Source: a virus (lineage: Duplodnaviria > Caudoviricetes). Taken from it: a stretch of DNA of 57,675 nt. Below are positions 27,191 through 35,852 of the stretch, piece by piece. The notes beneath the pieces were generated by a model. The model had not been told where the DNA came from, did no database searches, and saw only the letters and a list, made by a program, of their open reading frames with translations. Within the stretch, counting starts at the first letter, position 1. Every line of letters begins with the position of its first letter. The position numbers and the translations under genes were made by a program. The DNA is taken from IMG/VR virus record IMGVR_UViG_3300006174_000002, positions 1-57,675 of that record; one strand, given 5' to 3'.

Positions 27191-29314
27191 ATGACTGATG
27201 CAAACGAACCGCTCCCGCCACCGGGCGTTGAGCTGACTGACTGGAACGATTTCCCCAAGAAACGCCAGCAAATCTTCGACGGTGTCAAACAAGCCGTCCA
27301 AGAGTCCTTCCCCCAAAGCCAAGGCGGCGTCCGTCTCGAACTCCATAACCTCGGCTACGAGAACGCCAAACCGTTCTCGCTGGCAGAGCAGAAGAAGGCA
27401 CTGATGAGCGATCAGTACCTGCATCACAAGCTGCGCGGTACGCTGAGGCTGATTGACGAGAAGACCGGGGCTGTGCTGGACGAGCAGCATCAGACACTGT
27501 TAAAAACACCTTATTTAACCGAAAGGGGTACGTTTATTTACAACGGCAGCGAACTGTCCACCATATCTCAAGCGAGGCTACAACCTGGCATTTATTCCCG
27601 GCGCAAGGCAAATGGTGAGCTTGAAGCACATTGTTTTCATCATAAAGTAAAAGTTTTAACGTCTGAAGGCTGGTTGCCCATTGGGCAGATAGTCAATCAA
27701 AAGCTCAACGTGGATGTTTACAGTTACGACTTTGTTAACAAATGCTTTGTTCTTAAACCTGTAGTCGGCTGGTTTAAGAACACGATCAAATCTAGGCTGG
27801 GTCGCGCTGATGTCAATTCCGTGGCTCGTTCTCCTGTTAGCTCTGGTAGCTTCAATCCCAGCGCACTCTGGGTTACACCAGAGCATAAAATGTTGACTCT
27901 TGAAGGCAACAAAATTGAAATTCGTTCAGCCCAGTATCTGACTGTTGTAGAAGAAGAGCCTTCGGCAAATCAATGCCAAGTGCTGTACGGTTCGCTGTTG
28001 GGTGATGGCCATATAAGCACTCACAATCTATATGAAGAAGCTCACAGTCTTGATCAAGTGGACTATCTTCAATGGAAACATGACATGTTGGGCGGTTTTG
28101 TCTCGGCTCCGTTAGGGCATAAGCCTGCTAAAGGCAACCGACAGGAGGTTGTGACATTGAGGACTAAGGCTTGTATATTTATGCAAAAGTTACGGTTAAG
28201 CTTTTACCCTAATGGCGTCAAGATAGTACCTCGCGATCTGATTGAGAATTTGACCGCGTTGGGTTTGGCTTGTTGGTATGGCGATGATGGATACGCCATC
28301 AGATCAAAATACAAAGGAAATGTCTCATCGCATCTTTCAGTCCTTTTGTCTACCAACTGCTTCACTCAGGCAGACGTAAACTGGATTATATCTTGGTTTG
28401 AGCGTAAGTGGGGACTTAAGGCATCAAAGCTAAAAAACTCTAAGGACATCGACCGCGATATGGGTTGGGTCGTACGGCTAGGTGGCGCTGATGCTGAACG
28501 ATTTTTAGATATTGTTGCGCCGTACTTGCATCCCTCATTGAAATCGAAGTTGGCACAGCGTGTTCCTATGGGGCGTTGCATACATGGCGACAAAGAAATA
28601 ACTCGTGTGCGCTATGCATGTAATGCCTGTATGGTAACGCGATACGCGAATGGAAAAGCAAAAGCTCGGGAGCGGCAAAATACGCGTAGTCGATTGGGAC
28701 ATACGGCACTCGCGAAAATGATCAAAACCGGCATTATTGTTGAGGACAATAACCTTGGGGCTGCGTGGGATCGTCGAGTTGCTGCACTTGGTACTGCATT
28801 AACAAAGCTACCTGTCGCATCTGGGACTAAGTTGGTTTTGGCATCTATCCCTTGTGTTTACGATACTAATACCGGTACTAAACTATCTAAAACCAATACT
28901 GCATATGATATTGAAGTGGAAGGTACACACAATTACATTGCCAATGGTGTTTTAGTTAGTAATTGCAACGCTAAGCGGGGATCGGGTCAGTCTTTCCGTG
29001 TGAGTCTGGAGCCCGAGTCGGGCCTCTTCAAACTGAACATCGGTCAGTCCAGTCTTCGGCTGTATTCCCTACTGCATGACATCGGTGTGCCGGACGAGCA
29101 GCTGGAGAAAACGTGGGGTAAGGATTTGTTGGCGTCGAACAAGGCGGCGTACGACTCGCGGGTGTTTGACAAGGCGTACAATCGGTTTGTGCGCCGTGCT
29201 GACCCGGCGGCTAGTCGGGAGCAGAAGGCGGAGGCAATCAAGGCGGCGCTGGCTCAGACGTACGTGGATCACGATACGACTCGGAAGACGCTGCCCAATT
29301 TATTTAAAGAATGA
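27191..29314 (+). CDS. RNA polymerase beta-like subunit, N-terminal fragment, with intein
   Basis: PYLTERGTFIYNGSELSTISQARLQPGIY corresponds to the beta motif P.MT..GTFIING.ERV.VSQL.RSPGV. About 263 aa after splicing. Confidence 0.85.
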   Translation: MTDANEPLPPPGVELTDWNDFPKKRQQIFDGVKQAVQESFPQSQGGVRLELHNLGYENAKPFSLAEQKKALMSDQYLHHKLRGTLRLIDEKTGAVLDEQHQTLLKTPYLTERGTFIYNGSELSTISQARLQPGIYSRRKANGELEAHCFHHKVKVLTSEGWLPIGQIVNQKLNVDVYSYDFVNKCFVLKPVVGWFKNTIKSRLGRADVNSVARSPVSSGSFNPSALWVTPEHKMLTLEGNKIEIRSAQYLTVVEEEPSANQCQVLYGSLLGDGHISTHNLYEEAHSLDQVDYLQWKHDMLGGFVSAPLGHKPAKGNRQEVVTLRTKACIFMQKLRLSFYPNGVKIVPRDLIENLTALGLACWYGDDGYAIRSKYKGNVSSHLSVLLSTNCFTQADVNWIISWFERKWGLKASKLKNSKDIDRDMGWVVRLGGADAERFLDIVAPYLHPSLKSKLAQRVPMGRCIHGDKEITRVRYACNACMVTRYANGKAKARERQNTRSRLGHTALAKMIKTGIIVEDNNLGAAWDRRVAALGTALTKLPVASGTKLVLASIPCVYDTNTGTKLSKTNTAYDIEVEGTHNYIANGVLVSNCNAKRGSGQSFRVSLEPESGLFKLNIGQSSLRLYSLLHDIGVPDEQLEKTWGKDLLASNKAAYDSRVFDKAYNRFVRRADPAASREQKAEAIKAALAQTYVDHDTTRKTLPNLFKE
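27632..28963 (+). mobile_element. intein with LAGLIDADG endonuclease
   Basis: CFHHKVKVLT start, VTPEHK, YGSLLGDG, WYGDDG, YDIEVEGTHNYIANGVLVSN|C end. AT-rich. Confidence 0.92.
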
Positions 29315-29461
29315 AGCGATGGCTTTTGCGGTTGTTGGTGAACGGTTTGGAACGCTGGTGTTTTCTGACGCATTGGATGCCGCTAGGCCGGCACCGGTGC
29401 TTCATGGCTACTTGGTCCGAGTCGATCGACTCGCGCTACAATCTCGGCGAATGGACTACGA

Positions 29462-29719
29462 ATGAGTAAATCCCGTTTCGGACGTTGCCAGGTTTGTGGT
29501 GACATGAACGATCTCAAGCATTTATCCCTTTACGTAATCGGCTCGGAAGGGCTGGACATCTGTCCATCGTGTGAAGTCGTGCTGGTAAATATGGTGCGCG
29601 GGCTAATTGAGGTCGGCAAGCGATGCCGCTTGGGCGGCTATAAGGCTGCCAAAGAAGTGGCTGAAGCGAAGCGTATCCAGGACCTTCGTGAAGCTGCAGC
29701 AATTGAACAACAACAATGA
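29462..29719 (+). CDS. small Zn-finger protein
   Basis: CQVC...CPSC. Confidence 0.6.
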   Translation: MSKSRFGRCQVCGDMNDLKHLSLYVIGSEGLDICPSCEVVLVNMVRGLIEVGKRCRLGGYKAAKEVAEAKRIQDLREAAAIEQQQ

Positions 29720-29973
29720 CTGATCTTACTGTTAAGAATCTCACGGACCTACAAATCTCGATTTCCAGACAGTCCAAGAAGTGGGCTGTATTCGACGGTA
29801 ACTTCGACTGTGTGAAGGACTTCGTTCCGTACACGGACGAACTCACGGCGCTGTCCGAAGCCAAAGCTTGGTGCGCCGAGCGGTCACCACAGGTCCCAGA
29901 AATCGTTTACCCACAGATTACCAAGATGACCGTGTCGTACAGTCAGCAACGCGGTCGGACGAAGCGCAAATGA
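29716..29973 (+). CDS. hypothetical protein
   Basis: Coupled ORF. Confidence 0.55.
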   Translation: MTDLTVKNLTDLQISISRQSKKWAVFDGNFDCVKDFVPYTDELTALSEAKAWCAERSPQVPEIVYPQITKMTVSYSQQRGRTKRK

Positions 29974-30257
29974 AACACCGGGATCATCGCTGCCGAATTT
30001 GCGGCGATTGGCTGAATGAGGATCGAGGGTGCGATCGTTGCGCGCAGGGTGTGCTGAAACAGTTCATCCCGCCGGAATGTTACGAGGAGTTGTTAGGGGT
30101 TGGACGCGGGGCAAAGATTATGGGTATCGGCGCAGACAAGCTTACCCGGGAAGACCTGTATGTGGCGCTTGCCATGGTGGGACGATCTATGGATGTGGCC
30201 ACTCTGCGCCGGGATAAGTGCTCTGAGTTTCAAAAGCAAGTGGCCGAGTTGCATTAA
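29970..30257 (+). CDS. small Zn-finger protein
   Basis: CRIC...CDRC. Confidence 0.55.
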   Translation: MKHRDHRCRICGDWLNEDRGCDRCAQGVLKQFIPPECYEELLGVGRGAKIMGIGADKLTREDLYVALAMVGRSMDVATLRRDKCSEFQKQVAELH

Positions 30258-30283
30258 AATATGAAGACAAATCGACTGATAGG

Positions 30284-30690
30284 TACGTGACCTGTGAATC
30301 ACGTAGACCCAGGCGTCCTGCAGGCGACCTGGGTCTTAACCGCAATTCATTGGTTTCCACCAGTGGCTTGCGTTTAAGAAAGGTCCCATGAAGCGAGAAT
30401 AGTACACATACACTAAACCGGGCTGGGCGGACCTGAAACACGGAGCTCAGTGCTGGAATGAACGAATCCTCACCGATCAAAGCGCGAGACAAAGCGCAAA
30501 GCCTAGATGCTGACAATCCCTTAACCGGAAATGAATAAAGCATTCAGGTGCACAAGCACAACGGACGAATGAGTAAATCGTCCGAATAAATATGCTCCGC
30601 CAGGCCAACGGCGCAGTTTGGTCTAGTTTCAAGGGCTTCTAAGAAACAAGCTCTACGCTCCGTGAGGCATTGCTTCACGGAGCTTCACTT
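30284..30690 (+). ncRNA. candidate large structured non-coding RNA, family unrecognised
   Basis: About 460-nt gap in coding, with a continuous series of stems containing G-U pairs and A-rich linkers, ending in an 11-bp hairpin and T-rich tail. Confidence 0.65.
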
Positions 30691-30724
30691 TCCCCGACGG
30701 TTAACCACAAAACACAAAGGAACT

Positions 30725-31165
30725 ATGAACAGAAAATTCGAACAAGCACTCATGTCTGCGATGGAAGAATTGGAGCACACAACTGACCCGGCACATTCTG
30801 ACTGGTCTCCAGTCAATGCGCGTGTGGTGGCTGTCCTGTCAGCGCTGCGTGGTTACCTGACCGAACACGGCACAACCAACGAGCAGGACGACCTGCTACG
30901 CTCCATCGGTCTGCACGAGGACACGGTGAATGAAGTTCAGTTCACGCTCCCCAAGATGCAGGGATTGTTACTTATGAACCTCTTGGACAATCCTGTGTTA
31001 TCGAAGTCGCTCCGCCATGGTTTCGGCATCAAGACGCCGATTGAGGCGTTGAACCATCCGGATGCACGTCTCGGCGGGCCGGTGCCGGCTCGTGCCCACA
31101 GCATGGATGATGGCACAGGCGAACTGGAAGAACCGGCGTGTGCCGAGTGTGGCTGTCGTCACTGA
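30725..31165 (+). CDS. hypothetical protein
   Basis: AAAGGA upstream of ATG 30725. Confidence 0.65.
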   Translation: MNRKFEQALMSAMEELEHTTDPAHSDWSPVNARVVAVLSALRGYLTEHGTTNEQDDLLRSIGLHEDTVNEVQFTLPKMQGLLLMNLLDNPVLSKSLRHGFGIKTPIEALNHPDARLGGPVPARAHSMDDGTGELEEPACAECGCRH

Positions 31166-31169
31166 CAGC

Positions 31170-31198
31170 TTGAATTCCCGGGGGAGCTCTGGCAGAAT
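31170..31198 (+). promoter_or_regulatory. leaderless sigma70-like promoter
   Basis: TTGAAT-17-CAGAAT-6 nt-ATG. Confidence 0.6.
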
Positions 31199-31204
31199 GC
31201 GGTC

Positions 31205-31717
31205 ATGTTCACGAAAGAAGAAATCGCGAAAGCGACTCGGATCGCCGAGTACATGACCAAAGCTGCCGAGCTTCCCCTCGGAAAACTCGAAGGAAACCCC
31301 AATCTCTGGTCCGACCCAATGCCCCGCTTTAACGCCCCCAACCCCGCCTTCGCCGGCGCTAAAGCCCCGGAAGGTTTCATGGGTAGCTTGGGTACCATGG
31401 CTAAGGGTATGTACCGTGGCGCTGGCGGATTGGCCGCCGCGACGTTCACCGGGCAAAAGGGCTACCAGGGTGCCGCGGAAGGTTTGGCGTACAACACGGC
31501 GCGTCTCGGCCGCGACATGTTCACGCAAGGCCCTCGCCAAGCGTTTCGGAATGCCGGTAACAATTTCTCTCACGATCTGGCAGCGCCGTACCAACGCGCC
31601 TGGCAGAATTACAAAGATGACGGTGGCGCGCAGCAGGCCGTGGCTCCCGCAGCTTGGGCCGGTCGCCAGTGGAAAGACCTCACCACCGGACCTACCTTGT
31701 GGGGTACCGGCCGATGA
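31205..31717 (+). CDS. Gly/Ala-rich putative virion protein
   Basis: N-terminal segment ending MTKAA, then low complexity. Confidence 0.65.
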   Translation: MFTKEEIAKATRIAEYMTKAAELPLGKLEGNPNLWSDPMPRFNAPNPAFAGAKAPEGFMGSLGTMAKGMYRGAGGLAAATFTGQKGYQGAAEGLAYNTARLGRDMFTQGPRQAFRNAGNNFSHDLAAPYQRAWQNYKDDGGAQQAVAPAAWAGRQWKDLTTGPTLWGTGR

Positions 31718-32424
31718 TCACCGCCGCGGACATTCTCAACCAAGCCCGTAAGACCCTCAAGAAGGCGTCTGCCGCCCCCGCAGCGGTGCCGGCTCCCGCT
31801 CCACTCCCTTCCGGCCCTCCGCCTGGCCCCGACGACGTAGCGCTCAGCCCTGACGCACTGGTGTCCATCACAGAGAAGCTGCTTGCCATTAACCGTGGCC
31901 ATGCCGAGCCGGACGAGCGTGATAGCCTTGAACACCGTCGGGTTTACACCCCGGACAAGCTCTTTGCGGAACGCGTACGACTGGACGCCAATAAGCTACG
32001 CCGGGTCATGATGCGTCGAGTCGCCAAGTCACGTAATTTGAAGCCGGTCGGGATTGCCCATTTCGATCCGTACATGGAAGGGTTGCTGATTGGCAATCCG
32101 TTGTCCTCGCCGTTGGAGGAAATCAATCCGTTGCACCTGGTGGAGCAGAATCGTCGGATTACGCAGATGGGTCCGGGCGGGATTCAGTCGGAGGATTCGC
32201 TCACGGATGAGAGCTCGAACGTCCATCCGAGTATTTTTGGATTTCTCTCCCCGATCGAAAGTCCAGAATCGAGCAGAGCCGGCGTAGACACCCGTCTCGC
32301 GTGGGGTGCAAAGATTGGCAGTGACGGTAAGATTTATCAGAAGATGCGGCATCGCAAGTCTGGAACCATCCAGTATGTGAATCCGAATCAAGTGGCAAAC
32401 GCAGTCGTTGGTATCCCCGAATAA
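31714..32424 (+). CDS. RNA polymerase beta-like subunit, middle (fork/rifampicin-pocket) fragment
   Basis: NPLHLVEQNRRITQMGPGG...VHPSIFGFLSPIESPE corresponds to beta NPL.E..HKRR.SALGPGG...DVH..HYGR.CPIETPE. Confidence 0.88.
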   Translation: MITAADILNQARKTLKKASAAPAAVPAPAPLPSGPPPGPDDVALSPDALVSITEKLLAINRGHAEPDERDSLEHRRVYTPDKLFAERVRLDANKLRRVMMRRVAKSRNLKPVGIAHFDPYMEGLLIGNPLSSPLEEINPLHLVEQNRRITQMGPGGIQSEDSLTDESSNVHPSIFGFLSPIESPESSRAGVDTRLAWGAKIGSDGKIYQKMRHRKSGTIQYVNPNQVANAVVGIPE

Positions 32425-32495
32425 TGTACCCAGTTCCCCCGGAAATCGCTTTCCTTGCAGTTCTCGGTCTTGTTGGATGTTGGTACCTGTTGTAA
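32424..32495 (+). CDS. 23-aa hydrophobic peptide
   Basis: MYPVPPEIAFLAVLGLVGCWYLL, TAATG overlap with the RNAP fragment. Confidence 0.35.
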   Translation: MYPVPPEIAFLAVLGLVGCWYLL

Positions 32496-32599
32496 CGCAT
32501 TTGGTTCAAATAATTTACCCGTAGTCGGGTTCTCCCTTTCCTCGGCCGTGTGGTCGAAGGAACTCCCAAAGTAGTTAACCACAAACCAAAGGTCTCAGC

Positions 32600-33046
32600 A
32601 TGAAAAAGTTCCTCACATCAGTTGGCGATTTCTTCGCCTACGTCCCGGTGTCCGTCTATAACTGGGTAGTCATCGAACCGAGCGGATCGCAAGTCAAAAC
32701 CCACCTCGGCCGCCAGGAGGTTCAAACCCAAGAAACGCCCGGCGGTCTCGTCATCGCGCTCAAGACCAAAGGCCTTGAGGTCGAAACGCTGGACGCCGCG
32801 AAATGCGTCACGGTTCCCCTGTCCCAGGACGAAGACGTCCGCGGCTTCTTCGTGGCCGGCGTCCAGGCTGGTGTCAACCTCATGTCCATCGAAGCCAACG
32901 CGCTGACCCAGCAGCAGTTCCGTGCCGATCAGCGTGCCCTGCGCACCATCCGCAAAGCCAAGGAGGCGGCGGAGCGCGCCGAGCAGAAAGCGCAAGCTGA
33001 AGCCGCCGGCAATGTGCCGGTTGGCGCGGTTCCGCAAGCAGCCTAA
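32600..33046 (+). CDS. hypothetical protein, probably highly expressed
   Basis: Strong C-ending codon bias. Confidence 0.75.
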   Translation: MKKFLTSVGDFFAYVPVSVYNWVVIEPSGSQVKTHLGRQEVQTQETPGGLVIALKTKGLEVETLDAAKCVTVPLSQDEDVRGFFVAGVQAGVNLMSIEANALTQQQFRADQRALRTIRKAKEAAERAEQKAQAEAAGNVPVGAVPQAA

Positions 33047-33056
33047 GCAGAACATA

Positions 33057-33086
33057 CCCCCTGCGTTCTTCCGAGAGCGCAGGGGG
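33057..33086. other. strong hairpin without U-tract
   Basis: CCCCCTGCGTTCT-TCCG-AGAGCGCAGGGGG. Confidence 0.7.
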
Positions 33087-33093
33087 ACAATTT

Positions 33094-33402
33094 ATGCAAC
33101 AAAATCAATCAGTCGACGGTATGCGTCCCCTCGGTAATCGGATTCTGGTGGAAGACGTGGATGACCGCGTGGCCGTCTCGGGCGGCATCGTCATTCCCGA
33201 AGCGTCGCGCGAGACTTCCAACACTTCAATTGTGCTGGCGTTGGGTAAGTGCAATCGCAGCGAGAGCGGTGTCGAAACGCCGTTCCGGGTGAAGGTTGGT
33301 GATAAGGTGATGCTCTGTCGGTTCGGTGGCACACCAGTGGTTCGGAATGGCAAGCAATATCGGTTGGTCACGGAAGAAAACATTGTGGCAATTCTCAATT
33401 AA
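33094..33402 (+). CDS. groES: co-chaperonin GroES (Cpn10)
   Basis: RPLGNRILVE, SGGIVIP, VKVGDKV...FGGT, ENIVAIL. Confidence 0.9.
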   Translation: MQQNQSVDGMRPLGNRILVEDVDDRVAVSGGIVIPEASRETSNTSIVLALGKCNRSESGVETPFRVKVGDKVMLCRFGGTPVVRNGKQYRLVTEENIVAILN

Positions 33403-33574
33403 TTATGCGACTCCCTCACACTTGCAAAACGGTCAAATACAAGGAAACCGGTACGGCTACTCTCACGCGCGAACGCACCCGTGTGTTCGGTATGAAAGAC
33501 GGTTCGTGCGTCATGGACACTACGTTCAAGACGGTGCGTGAAGCCAAACACTTCATGGGTTCGACTCGGACGCT

Positions 33575-34129
33575 ATGAGTCGGAACCGATTTACGGCTAG
33601 TGCCTTGCGCAAACTCAGCAAGCACAAGCAGGAGCTCATTGTGCAGTTGATGTGCACGTCGTACGGCATGCCTAGCTTTAAGGACATCAAAGATGTGCCG
33701 GAGTTCGTCAAGTCAGTAACGACTGAGGGCATTGTCGATTGTCTGGACCTCTGGATTGACAACTACTTCGGTTGCGTGCCCGGCGGTTACGAAGAGGTGT
33801 TGATGGAAATCATCATCCGTAAATTTCGTCGTCCAGTTGAGGTCGCGATTAACGATTCAATTCGGAGGTTGAACATCGCCTTTTTGAACGGTCTGTCATA
33901 TACGCCAGAGCCGTACGTGTTGGTGGAACCGTCATACGAGCACGAGGTGCAGATGGTCATTGTTGATTCCAAAATCGGGATCCAGTACTACTCGGACATG
34001 TGCAAACCGTGGAACTTCAAGTTTGTGACGCTAGCCGAATTGGCCGAGCATATTGAGTGCATCTCGGATACGTTACTTCGTCGGTATGAGCTTTTCGACG
34101 TCGCGGCACAGCACGCAATCAAGCTCTAA
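33575..34129 (+). CDS. hypothetical protein
   Basis: 184-aa ORF. Confidence 0.65.
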   Translation: MSRNRFTASALRKLSKHKQELIVQLMCTSYGMPSFKDIKDVPEFVKSVTTEGIVDCLDLWIDNYFGCVPGGYEEVLMEIIIRKFRRPVEVAINDSIRRLNIAFLNGLSYTPEPYVLVEPSYEHEVQMVIVDSKIGIQYYSDMCKPWNFKFVTLAELAEHIECISDTLLRRYELFDVAAQHAIKL

Positions 34130-34260
34130 TTCTAACCGTGTCGCTCCGGCGGCACGGTCCCTTTCGCAGCAATCTCCAGTGTTGCTGCAACCCATAGCCT
34201 GCCAACTTCTGTCAGGTTAGGGTCAAACTCCCAGCTGGAAGGGTCAGTCTTCTCTTGTTT

Positions 34261-35250
34261 ATGAATACCTCAGGCACAAACCAGGTTCAAACAAACATCA
34301 CCCAATCCGCACCGGTTACGCCGCTCCCGCGGTGGCCGCACGACTTCCAGCTCTACTGGACGTTCAACTGCGGATTCTTCAGCGGTGAATTCCTAGTTAA
34401 AATTGAGGATTATGGCTTCAACATCCTCGAAGTCGCAGCCTACATCCGTCCCAGCGAACAAGGCTCCGTCCGTAACACCCTTCAAGGTAGCCGCATCGTT
34501 CGTCGGCAGCCCCAACACGAGCTCGCGCACTATCGCATCATGCAGTTCTCCTACAATGCCATCAACGGCGTGTTCTTCCGCCTCTGCGATGTCTTCGGTA
34601 GCGCGCAGACCGTCTGGCGACCGTTTGACGAGGTGGCCAACAAACTCAGCTCACTCATCCCGGAAGCCCGCACGGCGGTGCGTAACCTCGTGATGCTACC
34701 CACGGTGCAGATCACGGAACGCACGCCCGAACAGATCGCCGACACCAAGGCCGCGTGGCTCGCCGCCGCGGCCGAGGAAGAACGCATGCGCAAGCAGATC
34801 CAGGCCGAGAAGTCCGTGGTATGCGCTAAACAGCATAAACCGGAAGTATTGCCTATACCGCATAAACCGGCCTACGTCTATCCGGGGCGCGTGTTCGGTA
34901 AGAACTCCCCCTCCGTGGAGGCCAAGCCTTACATCAAGCGGCCGGCCAAACCGGCGGTGAAGATGCTCAAGGTGAATCTGCGTCAGGTGCCGTCGCGCCT
35001 GCCGGAAGATTCGGACGGCTCGGATTCCACCTGGCGTTGTATCGCCAGCGTCTCGGACATCTGGTATGGCCTCAGCCACCAGAAGGCAGCACAAGCTGCG
35101 GCACGGTCACGCCAGCAGCAGAAACATCGCAAGCCCGTTTACCATAACAGTCGGGCGATCGGTTACACCGCTCCGACTGAAGCGGTTCACATGATCTTGA
35201 CTCCGGTCAAGAAAGTCCACGCACCTTACGCCGCGCCGGTCGCCGCGTAA
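34261..35250 (+). CDS. hypothetical protein
   Basis: About 329-aa ORF bracketed by hairpins. Confidence 0.75.
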   Translation: MNTSGTNQVQTNITQSAPVTPLPRWPHDFQLYWTFNCGFFSGEFLVKIEDYGFNILEVAAYIRPSEQGSVRNTLQGSRIVRRQPQHELAHYRIMQFSYNAINGVFFRLCDVFGSAQTVWRPFDEVANKLSSLIPEARTAVRNLVMLPTVQITERTPEQIADTKAAWLAAAAEEERMRKQIQAEKSVVCAKQHKPEVLPIPHKPAYVYPGRVFGKNSPSVEAKPYIKRPAKPAVKMLKVNLRQVPSRLPEDSDGSDSTWRCIASVSDIWYGLSHQKAAQAAARSRQQQKHRKPVYHNSRAIGYTAPTEAVHMILTPVKKVHAPYAAPVAA

Positions 35251-35282
35251 CCTTTGTCTCTGGTTCGTCACAATTCTTTTGT

Positions 35283-35323
35283 GGCCCCCGTGCCCAGCGT
35301 TCGCGCTGGTCGCGGGGGCCTTT
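35283..35323 (+). terminator. intrinsic terminator
   Basis: GGCCCCCGTGCCCAGCG-TTCG-CGCTGGTCGCGGGGGCC-TTT. Confidence 0.75.
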
Positions 35324-35346
35324 CCACTTTCTGTTCTCTATCAACT

Positions 35347-35592
35347 ATGCGTATTTTTGAATCTTGGTGTTATTTACCGTTGGTACTCGTTATGGCCGTC
35401 ACTCCGAACTGGACGGGTATGTACGGTATGCACTTCGTGCTGTTCACTGACGTAATTACGCCGGCAATGTATATTACATGGCTGCTACTTGAGGCCTATT
35501 TAACTATTCAGATCGATGAGTTCAAACGACAGGATGCGCTAACGCAGCAACGGTACTCGAATGCCATAGGTAAATTACGCGAGTATAAATGA
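35347..35592 (+). CDS. small membrane protein
   Basis: Two hydrophobic segments. Confidence 0.5.
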   Translation: MRIFESWCYLPLVLVMAVTPNWTGMYGMHFVLFTDVITPAMYITWLLLEAYLTIQIDEFKRQDALTQQRYSNAIGKLREYK

Positions 35593-35852
35593 CATGAAAC
35601 AGCCCTCCCTGAAGCTACAACGCCGTACGTCACGACGCATTGATCGTACGCCGGTCGACCTATCACGAGCTGACTTCGGACCCGAAGATGGGTTCAATTT
35701 CCGCTTGCCAATTCAGCAGCGCCCAGTCGGCGGATTCGCCTGGCGCTACGGTCGTCCAGGAAACCGGCTGACCGTGGGTAAAATGCTGAACGGTTCGGAC
35801 TTGCGGAGCACCGCCTCGGCTGTTACTCATGTTCAGCAAAGCAACATTGTAT

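Noticed and set aside
30284-30690. tRNA, tmRNA, RNase P or group I/II intron identity for the structured region
   Set aside because: No T-loop/CCA cloverleaf, no RNase P GAGGAAAGUCC core, no group II GUGYG start or domain V, and the flanking ORFs do not look like two halves of one gene.
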